A stretch of 64,000 nucleotides of DNA from an uncultured Alphaproteobacteria bacterium (GTDB lineage Bacteria; Pseudomonadota; Alphaproteobacteria; Rs-D84), in contig CALXXV010000006.1 in NCBI GenBank assembly GCA_944392775.1, positions 89,270 through 153,269 on the forward strand, written 5' to 3'. Of this stretch, positions 1 through 9,102 are shown piece by piece. The notes under the pieces are model-generated. The model ran no database searches. It worked only from the letters and a program-made list of their open reading frames with translations, and had not been told where the DNA came from. The first letter of the stretch is position 1. Every line of letters begins with the position of its first letter. Both the position numbers and the translations under genes were made by a program.

Positions 1-477
1 ACTAATTGAAAAAGCCAAATAATCTTTTACTGCAGGTAAAAAGATTGATGGCACAGGAGTATTTTGATTTAAATCAACGAAAAAACCGAATATAAATGGG
101 AATAAAACGAAAAAAGCGAAAGCACACCCTGTTAAAAATAAAATAGGAGAAACCAATAAAATCGGTGCCAAAAAATTTTTTTCGTTTTTATGTAACCCCG
201 GTCCGACAAAAGCCCATACTTGCCATATAATGAAAGGGGTTGTTACAAATAAAGCAAACAATATAGACAAAGACAACCTTATCATCAAACCGTCTGCCAC
301 CCCCGTGTACAGCAACGTTCCATTTTCCCAAATTTTTAGCAATGGCAACGTTAAAAATTTTTGTAACAAAGGTGAAAAATACCATCCTATTATAGCAGAT
401 CCGACAAAAAACAAAAAAGCCCAGATAACCCTTCTACGCAATTCCACAAAATGCTGTCCTAAAGTCATTTTTTTCAT
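1..477 (-). CDS. tatC: Sec-independent protein translocase TatC (partial; C-terminus lies beyond window start)
   Basis: Manual translation of the minus strand from ATG at 477 gives MKKMTLGQHFVELRRRVIWAFLFFVGSAIIGWYFSPLL... with multiple TM segments and no stop to position 1. The ATG overlaps the tatB stop (ATGA). The ORF track misses it because it runs off the window edge. Confidence 0.85.
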   Translation of the reverse strand, partial: MKKMTLGQHFVELRRRVIWAFLFFVGSAIIGWYFSPLLQKFLTLPLLKIWENGTLLYTGVADGLMIRLSLSILFALFVTTPFIIWQVWAFVGPGLHKNEKNFLAPILLVSPILFLTGCAFAFFVLFPFIFGFFVDLNQNTPVPSIFLPAVKDYLAFSIS

Positions 478-797
478 TTTGTTACCCCACGCTTACGTTT
501 TTTGTCGGGATTTTTATTTTTCAATTTTTTTTCATTACCTTTTAATTTTTTTATCGGGGTAGAAAAATCCGCCAAAACTTCATCTGTAGTAGTTTTTATC
601 AAATCGTCAATTGGCTTTTCTAAATCTATTTGTTGTTTTATTCGTTCAGATGCGTCTGATATTTTCCAAATAAATTGTCTTATAAAACTAACCGCACGCG
701 CCAAAGCACGTGCAACATCCGGCCACATACGAGCAGGAATTACTAAAACTCCTACTAATAATATTACAAAAAATTCTGCCCAACTTATACCAAACAT
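474..797 (-). CDS. tatB: Tat translocase component, TatB-like (TatA/B family)
   Basis: The internal ATG (M26 of the listed ORF) gives MFGISWAEFFVILLVGVLVIPARMWPDVARALARAV..., about 107 aa. It has the TatA/B N-terminal TM plus amphipathic helix with a TatB-like P..R.P hinge, and lies immediately upstream of tatC. Confidence 0.7.
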   Translation of the reverse strand: MFGISWAEFFVILLVGVLVIPARMWPDVARALARAVSFIRQFIWKISDASERIKQQIDLEKPIDDLIKTTTDEVLADFSTPIKKLKGNEKKLKNKNPDKKRKRGVTK

Positions 798-798
798 T

Positions 799-1413
799 TT
801 AATCGTAAAACGAATCGCCACCACTTGTACTAATAATTTTATGCCGTTGAATTTGGAAATAATCTTTTCCAAAATCAGTTTTATTTTTTAAATTAGAAAA
901 TTTTACATCTGTTTCGGCACCAGTTGCATCAACAACGGTCCACGAATTTAATTTAACAGGCTTTTTATCGAAAACAACAGTCATATTTCCTAATCCTTCT
1001 TGTCCGCGCAAATTCATTTTTAAGGAAAATTTATCACCTTGGTTGATCGTTTCATAAACATTTATATCTGCGTTCCTTAAATCTATATTTTCTCTTATCA
1101 AAATCCCAGCAGGAGTACTTGTTAACGGAACTGTCGTTATTTGATCTAAAGAGCTATCAAAAAAATATAAATCTCTTCCATCAGCAATAAGTTGTATAGG
1201 CATATTGTTATAATCTAATCTTACACGTCCAGGACGCAACATAGAAAAAGTACCCGCTTCATTTTTTCCATTAGCAGTCTGAACAAAGTCCCCCATTAAA
1301 CCAGTTATAGAATTCAAATAATTTTCAGCAGAACTTACCAAAGCGACATCAACTGCTGCAAAAGATTTAAAAGAGAAAAAAAATCCAAATAAAATAAGTA
1401 AAGTTTTTTTCAT
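799..1413 (-). CDS. lolA: outer-membrane lipoprotein carrier protein LolA
   Basis: Signal peptide MKKTLLILFGFFFSFKSFAA. About 200 aa periplasmic protein with a LolA-like pattern (G.F.Q...RPGRVRLDY...DGRDLYFFD). The ATG verified at 1411-1413 overlaps the nrnA stop (ATGA). Confidence 0.65.
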   Translation of the reverse strand: MKKTLLILFGFFFSFKSFAAVDVALVSSAENYLNSITGLMGDFVQTANGKNEAGTFSMLRPGRVRLDYNNMPIQLIADGRDLYFFDSSLDQITTVPLTSTPAGILIRENIDLRNADINVYETINQGDKFSLKMNLRGQEGLGNMTVVFDKKPVKLNSWTVVDATGAETDVKFSNLKNKTDFGKDYFQIQRHKIISTSGGDSFYD

Positions 1414-2363
1414 TTTATCCCCCTAAATAAATCTAAAACCTTTGTATAAACATTTTCAACAGTATCTTTTATAACAGCCCCGGCAGCACAACTATGCCCA
1501 CCTCCTCCTAAAGCTATTGCAATATCTAATATTGGTTTTGTTTTGCTTCTTAAAGAAACTCCTGTTTGGTTATCTTTCTGACGCTTTAACAATACAACAT
1601 ATTCCACATCTTTTATTTGTAACAATAAATTTAAGATAATGTCTCCACGTCCGTCTAAATTCTTATAATCATCTTTTCCAACAACAGCCACTGCCAAGCG
1701 ATTACGATAAAAGAATTCTGCATTTGCTGCAATACGTGTTTCTGTAAGAACCGTTTTCTTAGGTTTATTATTTAAAAGATTTAATAGACGTTCTATTTCA
1801 ACACCTGCATCTACAAGATTCGCCATTATTTTTAAAGGTTTGCCGGTATGAACGAATTTAAGATTTCCCGTATCAGTCATTATAGATATTGCAAGTAAAT
1901 CTAAAACATCAGGATCAATCTTCCATTTCAATTCACTAATAATATTATAAATAATTTCACCAACAGAAGACGCCCCTTCATCATCTATGCAAATATCAGC
2001 AATCGGATTATCATTTTTATGATGATCTATTTCTATAACACGATCAGCGTTATTTACTATCGGTAAAAAACCACCAATTTGATTTTCTGTTCCATAATCT
2101 AATAAAATTGCTAAATCGAATTTCTTTGACAGATTAATCTTATTGAAATATAACATTTTTTCCCGATCAGGAACCCCATCCAAACAATCAGGAATATTTC
2201 CGTCATAGACCCTGACAACATCTTTTTTAAAATTTAATTGAATTAAACGCGCCAAAGCCAGAACCGAGCATAAAGAATCACCATCAGGATTTTTATGCCC
2301 CGCAATTGCTATACTTTTAGCTTTTTTTATACTTTCTAAAAAATCATTTAAACGCTTTTTCAT
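1410..2363 (-). CDS. nrnA: DHH/DHHA1 phosphoesterase, NrnA-like oligoribonuclease/pAp phosphatase
   Basis: Motifs GHKNPDGDS, IDHH and C-terminal GGGGH (DHHA1). Confidence 0.7.
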   Translation of the reverse strand: MKKRLNDFLESIKKAKSIAIAGHKNPDGDSLCSVLALARLIQLNFKKDVVRVYDGNIPDCLDGVPDREKMLYFNKINLSKKFDLAILLDYGTENQIGGFLPIVNNADRVIEIDHHKNDNPIADICIDDEGASSVGEIIYNIISELKWKIDPDVLDLLAISIMTDTGNLKFVHTGKPLKIMANLVDAGVEIERLLNLLNNKPKKTVLTETRIAANAEFFYRNRLAVAVVGKDDYKNLDGRGDIILNLLLQIKDVEYVVLLKRQKDNQTGVSLRSKTKPILDIAIALGGGGHSCAAGAVIKDTVENVYTKVLDLFRGIK

Positions 2364-2369
2364 TTTTTA

Positions 2370-4133
2370 TCATAAAGCCAGATCTTCAACTACGAACTGG
2401 GCATTTACTCGTCCATTGTAATCATTTTCTTTCAATTTTCCTAACATCATTATTTTAGTATTTACATTTGCATCGTCCAGTAAAAAATCCCCTACAGGCG
2501 TACCCACCAAATTAAAACCAACAAAAGACAATTGTTTTCCTGTACTTGTATTGACGCAACCTCTCAGATGCGCACCATTGCCCATAATACTTGCATAACG
2601 TAATGTAGCTCCATGTAGAACCAAATTAGGTTCAGGGTTTCCTTGTCCGAAAGGTTCTAGCGCAGAAATTTTATTAAGCAGTGCCAGATTTGCACTACCT
2701 GCATCTAGTTCTGCATCTACCAAAATTTCTTGTCTTGGTACGGCTCCATTCAATTGTTCTTTAACTGCCTGCTCTAAAAATTGACAGAATAAATTTTCAT
2801 TTTCTGCGGGCAAAGAAAAGCCAGCTGCTGCTGCATGTCCACCACCTTCTGTTATTATACCTTCTGCCAAAGCGTCATGAATTATTTTTCCAAGATCGAT
2901 TCCTGATATAGACCGTCCAGAACCATTTATCATTCCATCACAACGAGTTGCGACACAGGCCGGTAAATTATATTTATCTTTCAACCGCCCAGCGATAATT
3001 CCCATAACCCCACCATGCCAATTATCACCGCAAACGAATAAACTGCAATGTCCCTGACTACAATATTTCTGTGCCATATCTGTTGCACATAACATTATAG
3101 AATTTTGAATATCTATTCTTTCTTGATTCATGAAATGCAAACGTTGTGCTAAATCTTGGGCAATTAAAATATTATCAGTCAAAAGCAATTCTAATGCAGG
3201 AGACGCCGAATCCAATCTTCCCGCGGCATTTAATCTTGGCCCCAGCGCAAATCCAGCGGCATAAACAGAAGGTTTTTTTATACCGGCAACTTTCATCAAA
3301 ACCTGTAAACCTAAGTTATTATTCAAACCTAAAACTTTCAAACCAGTTGCAACAAAAGCCCTATTCAAACCGATCAACGGCATAGTATCACAAATCGTTC
3401 CCAATGCCACCACATCCAAATAATTCATAAGATTCGTTTTTTCTAAAACTTCTTTTAATTCGGAATTTAAGTGCCTTGATTTCAATTCTCTACGTAAAGC
3501 AACTAACGTTAAAAAAGCAACCCCAACACCGGCCAAATAAACCAAACCTGATTCGTCATCCGAACGTTTAGGATTTATAACAGCATCTGCATCGGGCAAA
3601 ATGCTATCTGGTGAATGATGATCTGTAACGACTACTTTTATTCCAAGTTTTTTCGCGTATTTTACCTCTTCAATTCCGCTTATGCCGCAATCTACAGTTA
3701 TCAATAACTTTACATCGCTAGAACAGAAATCGTCCATTGTAGCAATATTCAAACCATAACCTTCACCATCTCTTGTAGGCAAATGCCAAACCACATCCGC
3801 TCCCAATGCCCTAAGATATTTCACAAAAATAGCAGTTGATGTAATACCATCAACATCATAATCTCCATATATTGCAATTTTTTCGTTTTTAAGAATAGCA
3901 TCGGCTATTATACTAGCAGCCTTATCCATATCTTTTAGTACAGAAGGATTCGGCATATATTCTTTTATACTAGGCTTTAAAAATTTTTTAATCTCGTTCG
4001 CATCAGAAAAGCCACGATTACTAAGGATTTTATTTAATAAATCATCTGCATTACATAAATAATCTTCATTTTCTGAATATGTCGTCATTGTCCATGTTTT
4101 CCCCAACATGGACTTTTCTACAATTTTTCTCAC
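2370..4133 (-). CDS. recJ: single-stranded-DNA-specific exonuclease RecJ
   Basis: DHH/DHHA1 core (AIYGDYDVDGITS, VTDHH, GGGH) plus a C-terminal RecJ OB-fold region. The listed start is GTG. In-frame ATGs at 4109 or 4088 are alternative starts. Confidence 0.85.
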   Translation of the reverse strand: MRKIVEKSMLGKTWTMTTYSENEDYLCNADDLLNKILSNRGFSDANEIKKFLKPSIKEYMPNPSVLKDMDKAASIIADAILKNEKIAIYGDYDVDGITSTAIFVKYLRALGADVVWHLPTRDGEGYGLNIATMDDFCSSDVKLLITVDCGISGIEEVKYAKKLGIKVVVTDHHSPDSILPDADAVINPKRSDDESGLVYLAGVGVAFLTLVALRRELKSRHLNSELKEVLEKTNLMNYLDVVALGTICDTMPLIGLNRAFVATGLKVLGLNNNLGLQVLMKVAGIKKPSVYAAGFALGPRLNAAGRLDSASPALELLLTDNILIAQDLAQRLHFMNQERIDIQNSIMLCATDMAQKYCSQGHCSLFVCGDNWHGGVMGIIAGRLKDKYNLPACVATRCDGMINGSGRSISGIDLGKIIHDALAEGIITEGGGHAAAAGFSLPAENENLFCQFLEQAVKEQLNGAVPRQEILVDAELDAGSANLALLNKISALEPFGQGNPEPNLVLHGATLRYASIMGNGAHLRGCVNTSTGKQLSFVGFNLVGTPVGDFLLDDANVNTKIMMLGKLKENDYNGRVNAQFVVEDLAL

Positions 4134-4177
4134 ACTATATACTCTTTTTTATTATCGCAAATAATTATAATCAAAAA

Positions 4178-5803
4178 TTATTCAAATAGCAACGGCAGTA
4201 TGCTATCCATTATTTTTCCTGCCGTTGGCACAGCATTCCACGCGGCTGTTCTTAAACCAAAAGATTCCTTTGTTCCTTTAGGTTCATCAAGAATAACTAA
4301 AATAGTATATTGCGGCGCCGCCACTGGAAATATACCAGCAAAAGCAGTTAAATTTCTTTTATGGTCAACTCTTCCATTTGTATATTTTTCCGCAGTAGCG
4401 GTTTTTCCACCTATTTGTATTCCGGCAATTCTTGCCTGTTTACCGCTTGTTTCTTCTGCGATACGTAACATTATACCTCTTAATTTTTCCGATATTTCCC
4501 CAGACAATACTCTTTCTCCATGCACTACACCGACATTTCTTTTTAACAACGTAGGATAAATATAAATTCCACCATTTGTCATAGAATTTACTGCCAACAA
4601 TAAATGCATCGGAGTAACAGAAATTCCATGACCGAAAGACAAAGTAGCTTTTTCTACAGGTCCCCATTTAGAAGGCAACAAAGGTTTTTCTGTGCTTCCA
4701 AAATCTAAATTTAACCCTTCATCTAAATGCAACCTATGAAAAAATTCTTGCTGTGTTCCATCAGGCAAATCCAAAGCTATTTGTGCACTTCCAGCATTAC
4801 AAGAATGTAACATTATCTCTTCTACTGATAAATTTGGTCTTGGAGGTTTAAAACTACTAACGTCACCTATTCTTGCTGCAACCCTACCGAATTTATCTGT
4901 TATTTTAAATGGCTCAGCAATATAATATTCTTTATTTATCCCGTTTTCCATGGCCATGGCCGTATTAAATACCTTAAAGATAGACCCCATTTCAAAAACG
5001 CCACGCAGCGGTAAAAACATCCTGTTTTTCGTTGAATCTAAGTTTATATTTTCTGGATCATAATCTGGCAAGGAGACCATAGCTATCATTTCTCCTGTCC
5101 TAGAATTCATCAAAAGCCCCATCGCTGCCTTTGCTTGATATTTCTGCATTGCAAAAGATAGCTGCTCGTAAAAAACAGACTGAATTCGTGCATCTAACGA
5201 CAATTGTAAAGGATCTTTATTCTCACTTAAATATTTGTCATATACACGCTCTGCTCCTTCTAAACCATGACCGTCACTTCCAACAAAACCCACCACATGA
5301 GAAAACAGCCTACGTTTTGGGTATTTTCGTGTTTGTATTTGCTCAATTTCCAACCCTTGTAATTTTGCTTTTGCAATTATATTGCGCTGTGCATCACTTG
5401 CGTATTTTTTTATATAAATAAACCTACGTGAAGAATTTACTAAATCCAAAGCATCCGATAAGGAATACTCGTACGGCAAAGCTTTATGAATAGTATTTGC
5501 AACAGCATCCCTATCTTTAACAGATTGTGGTCGTAACGTTATATGACCAGACATAATATTTTTTGCTAATATATCACCATTTCTGTCAATTATGTCCGCT
5601 CTTTGTGCAACCCATACTCCATCAGATCCTGTCAACCTAGACCGATCTGTCCCTTGGATTCCTAACCACAAAGTACGGAAAGCGAAAACTATAAAAGCCA
5701 ATACAAAAACGGAATACACTATGCGCAAACGCTGCCGAGGAACAGGGTCGCCTGTTACCCCAGAAAAACCACGTTTAAAAATATCCTTTCCTACCTCAAA
5801 CAT
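4178..5803 (-). CDS. ftsI: class B penicillin-binding protein (peptidoglycan D,D-transpeptidase, FtsI-like)
   Basis: N-terminal TM, SxxK (SIFK), SxN (HSCN) and KTG (GKTATAE) motifs. Located immediately downstream of the ftsL-like gene. Confidence 0.8.
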   Translation of the reverse strand: MFEVGKDIFKRGFSGVTGDPVPRQRLRIVYSVFVLAFIVFAFRTLWLGIQGTDRSRLTGSDGVWVAQRADIIDRNGDILAKNIMSGHITLRPQSVKDRDAVANTIHKALPYEYSLSDALDLVNSSRRFIYIKKYASDAQRNIIAKAKLQGLEIEQIQTRKYPKRRLFSHVVGFVGSDGHGLEGAERVYDKYLSENKDPLQLSLDARIQSVFYEQLSFAMQKYQAKAAMGLLMNSRTGEMIAMVSLPDYDPENINLDSTKNRMFLPLRGVFEMGSIFKVFNTAMAMENGINKEYYIAEPFKITDKFGRVAARIGDVSSFKPPRPNLSVEEIMLHSCNAGSAQIALDLPDGTQQEFFHRLHLDEGLNLDFGSTEKPLLPSKWGPVEKATLSFGHGISVTPMHLLLAVNSMTNGGIYIYPTLLKRNVGVVHGERVLSGEISEKLRGIMLRIAEETSGKQARIAGIQIGGKTATAEKYTNGRVDHKRNLTAFAGIFPVAAPQYTILVILDEPKGTKESFGLRTAAWNAVPTAGKIMDSILPLLFE

Positions 5804-5806
5804 TTA

Positions 5807-6100
5807 TTATTTCTGCTCTCTATCAGGCAAATCGTTTATTGAAACAGATTTATGAAAACTTATGACTTCGGACTTAGGAGCAACAGAAACTACCAAATTT
5901 CTTAAAATTTCTGGTCTGACGTAAGACGCAAAATTAGCCTGTGCCACAGCAATTTCTTGTTGGGTTTGCACGATTTCTGCCCTAATTCTATTTCTTGCAC
6001 GATTTTGTGTTCTGTAACACACCTGCAACACCGCTGCCAGAACAGCAACCAACACGAACGCCCACAAACCAATTTGAAACATTTTTTCGTCTTCACCCAT
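5807..6100 (-). CDS. ftsL: cell division protein FtsL-like small membrane protein (probable start at 6082)
   Basis: About 90 aa, single TM (MFQIGLWAFVLVAVLAAVL) followed by a coiled-coil-like segment. Position directly upstream of ftsI. Confidence 0.5.
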   Translation of the reverse strand: MGEDEKMFQIGLWAFVLVAVLAAVLQVCYRTQNRARNRIRAEIVQTQQEIAVAQANFASYVRPEILRNLVVSVAPKSEVISFHKSVSINDLPDREQK

Positions 6101-6136
6101 TACCGTCCGCCTTAAATATGATTTTATGCAATTTTA

Positions 6137-6499
6137 TCACAAATTTTTCAAAAAACGAATCATTGAATTTACCCCACCTAATCTACCCGTACCTAAGTTT
6201 ATATTCAAGCTAGAAAATTCGGACTCTAAATCAAGTTTTTTTATTTCTTCTGGTGTTTTTCCATCAACCATAGCAGTAATAATAGCAACTATTCCACTAA
6301 CTAACGCCGAATCGGCTTTGCCATAAAAATTATTTCCTTTGATACATATTTCTGCATATGATGCACAGCCTGAAATTTCATGACAAACTGCATTTTCTGG
6401 CACAACCGGTAAACGCTTACCGAAATCCATAACCATTTCTAATTTTTCTACAGGGTCAGACACCATAGACAAAAGATTTTTCATTTCTGCATACTGCAT
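6137..6499 (-). CDS. sufE: cysteine desulfuration protein SufE
   Basis: MQYAEMKNLL...HEISGCASYAEICIK, the SufE family Cys motif. ATG verified at 6497-6499. The listed ORF is N-terminally over-extended. Confidence 0.75.
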   Translation of the reverse strand: MQYAEMKNLLSMVSDPVEKLEMVMDFGKRLPVVPENAVCHEISGCASYAEICIKGNNFYGKADSALVSGIVAIITAMVDGKTPEEIKKLDLESEFSSLNINLGTGRLGGVNSMIRFLKNL

Positions 6500-6501
6500 A
6501 C

Positions 6502-6813
6502 TTACCACCCCTGCTCTGTTAAATCTAAATCCAAACGTGCTTCCTCTGACATACGCGACAAATCCCAAGGCGGATCCCAAACCAATTCGACACGGACACC
6601 AATATTTCCTGCAATACCAGCAACACTATCCCTAACCTGCGCTAATAATTCTTCCATCATGGGGCAAGTAGGACTGGTAAAAGTCATCGTTATAACCACA
6701 TCTTTTTCATCAATTGATATATCATATATCAACCCCAAATCCCAAATATTTACAGATATTTCTGGGTCATAAATATTTTTTAAAACGTTTATAACATCTT
6801 CTTTATTTAGCAT
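6502..6813 (-). CDS. sufT: DUF59/MIP18-family Fe-S assembly protein (SufT-like)
   Basis: About 103 aa, ...YDPEISVNIWDLGLIY...TSPTCP... typical of DUF59. Sits between sufS and sufE. Confidence 0.65.
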   Translation of the reverse strand: MLNKEDVINVLKNIYDPEISVNIWDLGLIYDISIDEKDVVITMTFTSPTCPMMEELLAQVRDSVAGIAGNIGVRVELVWDPPWDLSRMSEEARLDLDLTEQGW

Positions 6814-6817
6814 AATT

Positions 6818-7960
6818 TTATTTCAATATATTGTTTATTAAATCAACAACTTGATGCATTTCATCCATTGTATTCCAAGGACCAACAGAAATACGAATCG
6901 AACCCTGAATACCTAATAACTTATGAACCCAAGTCGCACACATATTTCCAACACGCACGCAAACCCCATACACCCCCAACATTGCACCAAAATCTAAAAC
7001 ATGCATACCTTCAACTACAAAAGTACACAAGGTCGCATCTCTTTCGGTAATTATTTTTATTTTTTTATTTTTTGATAATTCATCATGCAAATATTTTATC
7101 AATTCTAAATTAGGACGATTTTTTTCAATATAATCTATTGCCGCTGGGAACCCAATAATTTGAGTTATAGGCAAAGTCCCTGCCTCAAATTTAGATGGCG
7201 CATTTTCCCATTGAAAAGAATAATTATTATTTACTGCATTACCCGTTATTCCAGCGACCATTCCTCCTCCAAATTTATCTGGAGAAATCCAACGGTCAGG
7301 ATTTTTAATATACATCACACCAAGCCCTGTATCGCCCCCTATTTTATGTGCAGAAAAACACATAAAATCACAGTTCCACTTTTGTACGTCAATTTTCTTA
7401 TGTACGACAAATTGTGCTGCATCAACAATTGTAATGACATCAGGATTTTTTTTTCGTGCTGCTGAAATCAAAGTTGCAACATCTTGAGGCATTCCCAAAA
7501 CATTAGACATAGCAGTAATCACAAAAACATCGGATTTAGGCAAATCAGCGTCTGCCAAATTATACTGCGAATCTAACGGACATAAAACTATTTTACACGC
7601 AATAGAATTCCTCAAAACCTCAAACGGCAAACGTGCAGAATGATGATCCAAATCAGATACCATTATAGTTTTATTTTTTAAAGAATCGTCACAAACAGGA
7701 TCATTTATTATTCTCAAGATTCGATTCATGCCGTCTGTTGTACCAGAAGTAAAAACAATTTGCTCGGGTGATTTAGCACCTATAAAATCAGCAACTTTTT
7801 TGCGAGCGTTAGCTATTTTATCGTCAACCGCAAGCGCCCGCGCACAAACACCGCGACCTGCATTAGCATATGAATCACGCAGAAAATCCATTTCAGTCTT
7901 TATAACTGATTCCGGCTTTAAAGCACTTGCAGCAGAATCTAAGTATATGATTTTATTCAT
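6818..7960 (-). CDS. sufS: cysteine desulfurase (class V aminotransferase, SufS/NifS-like)
   Basis: The true start MNKIIYLDSAASALKP lies at ATG 7958-7960 (verified). PLP-Lys motif SAHKIGG. The listed 492-aa ORF carries a spurious TTG-type N-extension overlapping trxA. Confidence 0.85.
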   Translation of the reverse strand: MNKIIYLDSAASALKPESVIKTEMDFLRDSYANAGRGVCARALAVDDKIANARKKVADFIGAKSPEQIVFTSGTTDGMNRILRIINDPVCDDSLKNKTIMVSDLDHHSARLPFEVLRNSIACKIVLCPLDSQYNLADADLPKSDVFVITAMSNVLGMPQDVATLISAARKKNPDVITIVDAAQFVVHKKIDVQKWNCDFMCFSAHKIGGDTGLGVMYIKNPDRWISPDKFGGGMVAGITGNAVNNNYSFQWENAPSKFEAGTLPITQIIGFPAAIDYIEKNRPNLELIKYLHDELSKNKKIKIITERDATLCTFVVEGMHVLDFGAMLGVYGVCVRVGNMCATWVHKLLGIQGSIRISVGPWNTMDEMHQVVDLINNILK

Positions 7961-8033
7961 TTTATGATTTCTCTTGCATTTTGTGATGATTATAATACAC
8001 TCCTGAAAAATATCAATAACGAAGGAGAAAAAG

Positions 8034-8354
8034 ATGGCTTTAGAACATGCGAACGACGCAAACTTTGATTCTCTTTTAGAGAATGGCATAACATTAGTTG
8101 ACTTCTGGGCATCTTGGTGTGGACCATGTCGTATGTTTGGTCCGATTTTTGAATCTGTATCAGAGAAAATCTCGGATGTAAGATTCATAAAATTTGAAAT
8201 AGATGAATCAAACAGACGCACCCCTGCGAAATATGGAATTCGTAGTATTCCTAGCGTTTTAGCATTTCGTAATGGCGAATTAATTGAAGTACGCACAGGT
8301 TTAATGGACGAAGAAACCTTAACAAATTGGGTAAATGAATTAAAAGGATCTTAA
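8034..8354 (+). CDS. trxA: thioredoxin
   Basis: WCGPC active site, 106 aa. Confidence 0.9.
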   Translation: MALEHANDANFDSLLENGITLVDFWASWCGPCRMFGPIFESVSEKISDVRFIKFEIDESNRRTPAKYGIRSIPSVLAFRNGELIEVRTGLMDEETLTNWVNELKGS

Positions 8355-8355
8355 A

Positions 8356-8784
8356 ATGTCGGGTAAAGATTATAAAAATATTGAATTACCGCCAAAATAT
8401 GTACCTAAAAAATCTGAACCTTATATGTGTCCAGAACATTTAGCATATTTTTATCAACTATTAAATACTCAAAAAGAAGAATTGATGCATGATAGTGATT
8501 CAGTTCTAAGTGCGGTAAGATTAGCAGAAAAGAATGAAAGTGCCGGCGTTGGGGACGATTCTGACAATGCAACAGCAGAACAAGACATCACGATGAATCT
8601 TCGTATGTCAGAAAGAGATAACAACTTATTAAAGAAAATCAACAGTGCCTTAGAAAGAATCGAAAACGGCACATTTGGTTATAGCGTAGTATCAGGAGAT
8701 GAAATCGGGCTATCTCGCATGCTTGCTCGTCCATTGGCTACAATGACAATAGAAGAGCAAGAAGAATATGAAAAAAGGAAATAA
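8356..8784 (+). CDS. dksA: DksA-like RNA polymerase-binding factor (zinc-finger Cys all substituted)
   Basis: Coiled-coil tip DDSDNA (DxxDxA) and a C-terminal region that aligns to DksA FGYCESCG...LCIDC, but it reads FGYSVVSG...TMTIEE. Confidence 0.65.
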   Translation: MSGKDYKNIELPPKYVPKKSEPYMCPEHLAYFYQLLNTQKEELMHDSDSVLSAVRLAEKNESAGVGDDSDNATAEQDITMNLRMSERDNNLLKKINSALERIENGTFGYSVVSGDEIGLSRMLARPLATMTIEEQEEYEKRK

Positions 8785-8785
8785 A

Positions 8786-8817
8786 AAAACAACCGCAAAC
8801 AGCGGTTGTTTTTTATT
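8786..8817. terminator. bidirectional rho-independent terminator between convergent dksA and tatA
   Basis: AAAAAAACAACCGCAAACAGCGGTTGTTTTTTATT: 7-bp GC-containing stem, 5-nt loop, flanked by an A-tract and a T-tract. Confidence 0.7.
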
Positions 8818-8841
8818 AAATTTTACATAAAAGTTAATTTT

Positions 8842-9087
8842 TTACTTATCTTTTTTCGACTTCTTTTTAGCAACTGTTTTTTTTACTTTGACAACAGCCT
8901 GCTGTTGATTGGATTTTTTTTCATTTTCTTTTACTTGCTTTATTTTAGTATCCTTTAACTCTTTTTTGAAAATATTTATACCATCAGCTAAATTTTTCAT
9001 CATACCTGGTATTTTTTTATGTCCGAATAAAATCAATACCAAAACAACAATTACTAATATTTCTGCCCAACCAAAGCGCCCAAACAT
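8842..9087 (-). CDS. tatA: Sec-independent translocase TatA/E
   Basis: MFGRFGWAEILVIVVLVLILFGHKKIPGMMKNLADGINIFKKEL: TatA TM plus amphipathic helix, Lys-rich tail. Confidence 0.8.
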   Translation of the reverse strand: MFGRFGWAEILVIVVLVLILFGHKKIPGMMKNLADGINIFKKELKDTKIKQVKENEKKSNQQQAVVKVKKTVAKKKSKKDK

Positions 9088-9102
9088 TAAAATCCCCCTT
9101 TT

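Noticed and set aside
188-562. ORFs 188..385(-) and 230..562(+)
   Set aside because: They fall inside or out of frame with the clearly identifiable tatC coding frame, so they are spurious.
3146-3385. 79-aa plus-strand ORF inside recJ
   Set aside because: Antisense to recJ, with no motifs. The many similar short antisense ORFs were treated the same way (4200..4559, 5131..5421, 11313..11546, 19505..19909, 21102..21482, 32765..33172, 35870..36310, 43497..43924, 47505..47759, 48595..48798, 53132..53449, 55915..56757, 57813..58035, 58811..59164, 59582..59854).
7961-8296. N-terminal 112-aa extension of the listed sufS ORF
   Set aside because: It overlaps trxA on the opposite strand and precedes the clear MNKIIYLDSAAS start. 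It is an artefact of open frame upstream of the real ATG. Other over-extended ORFs were trimmed in the same way (sufE, trmB, greA, secB, recA, xth, trxB, J-domain gene).
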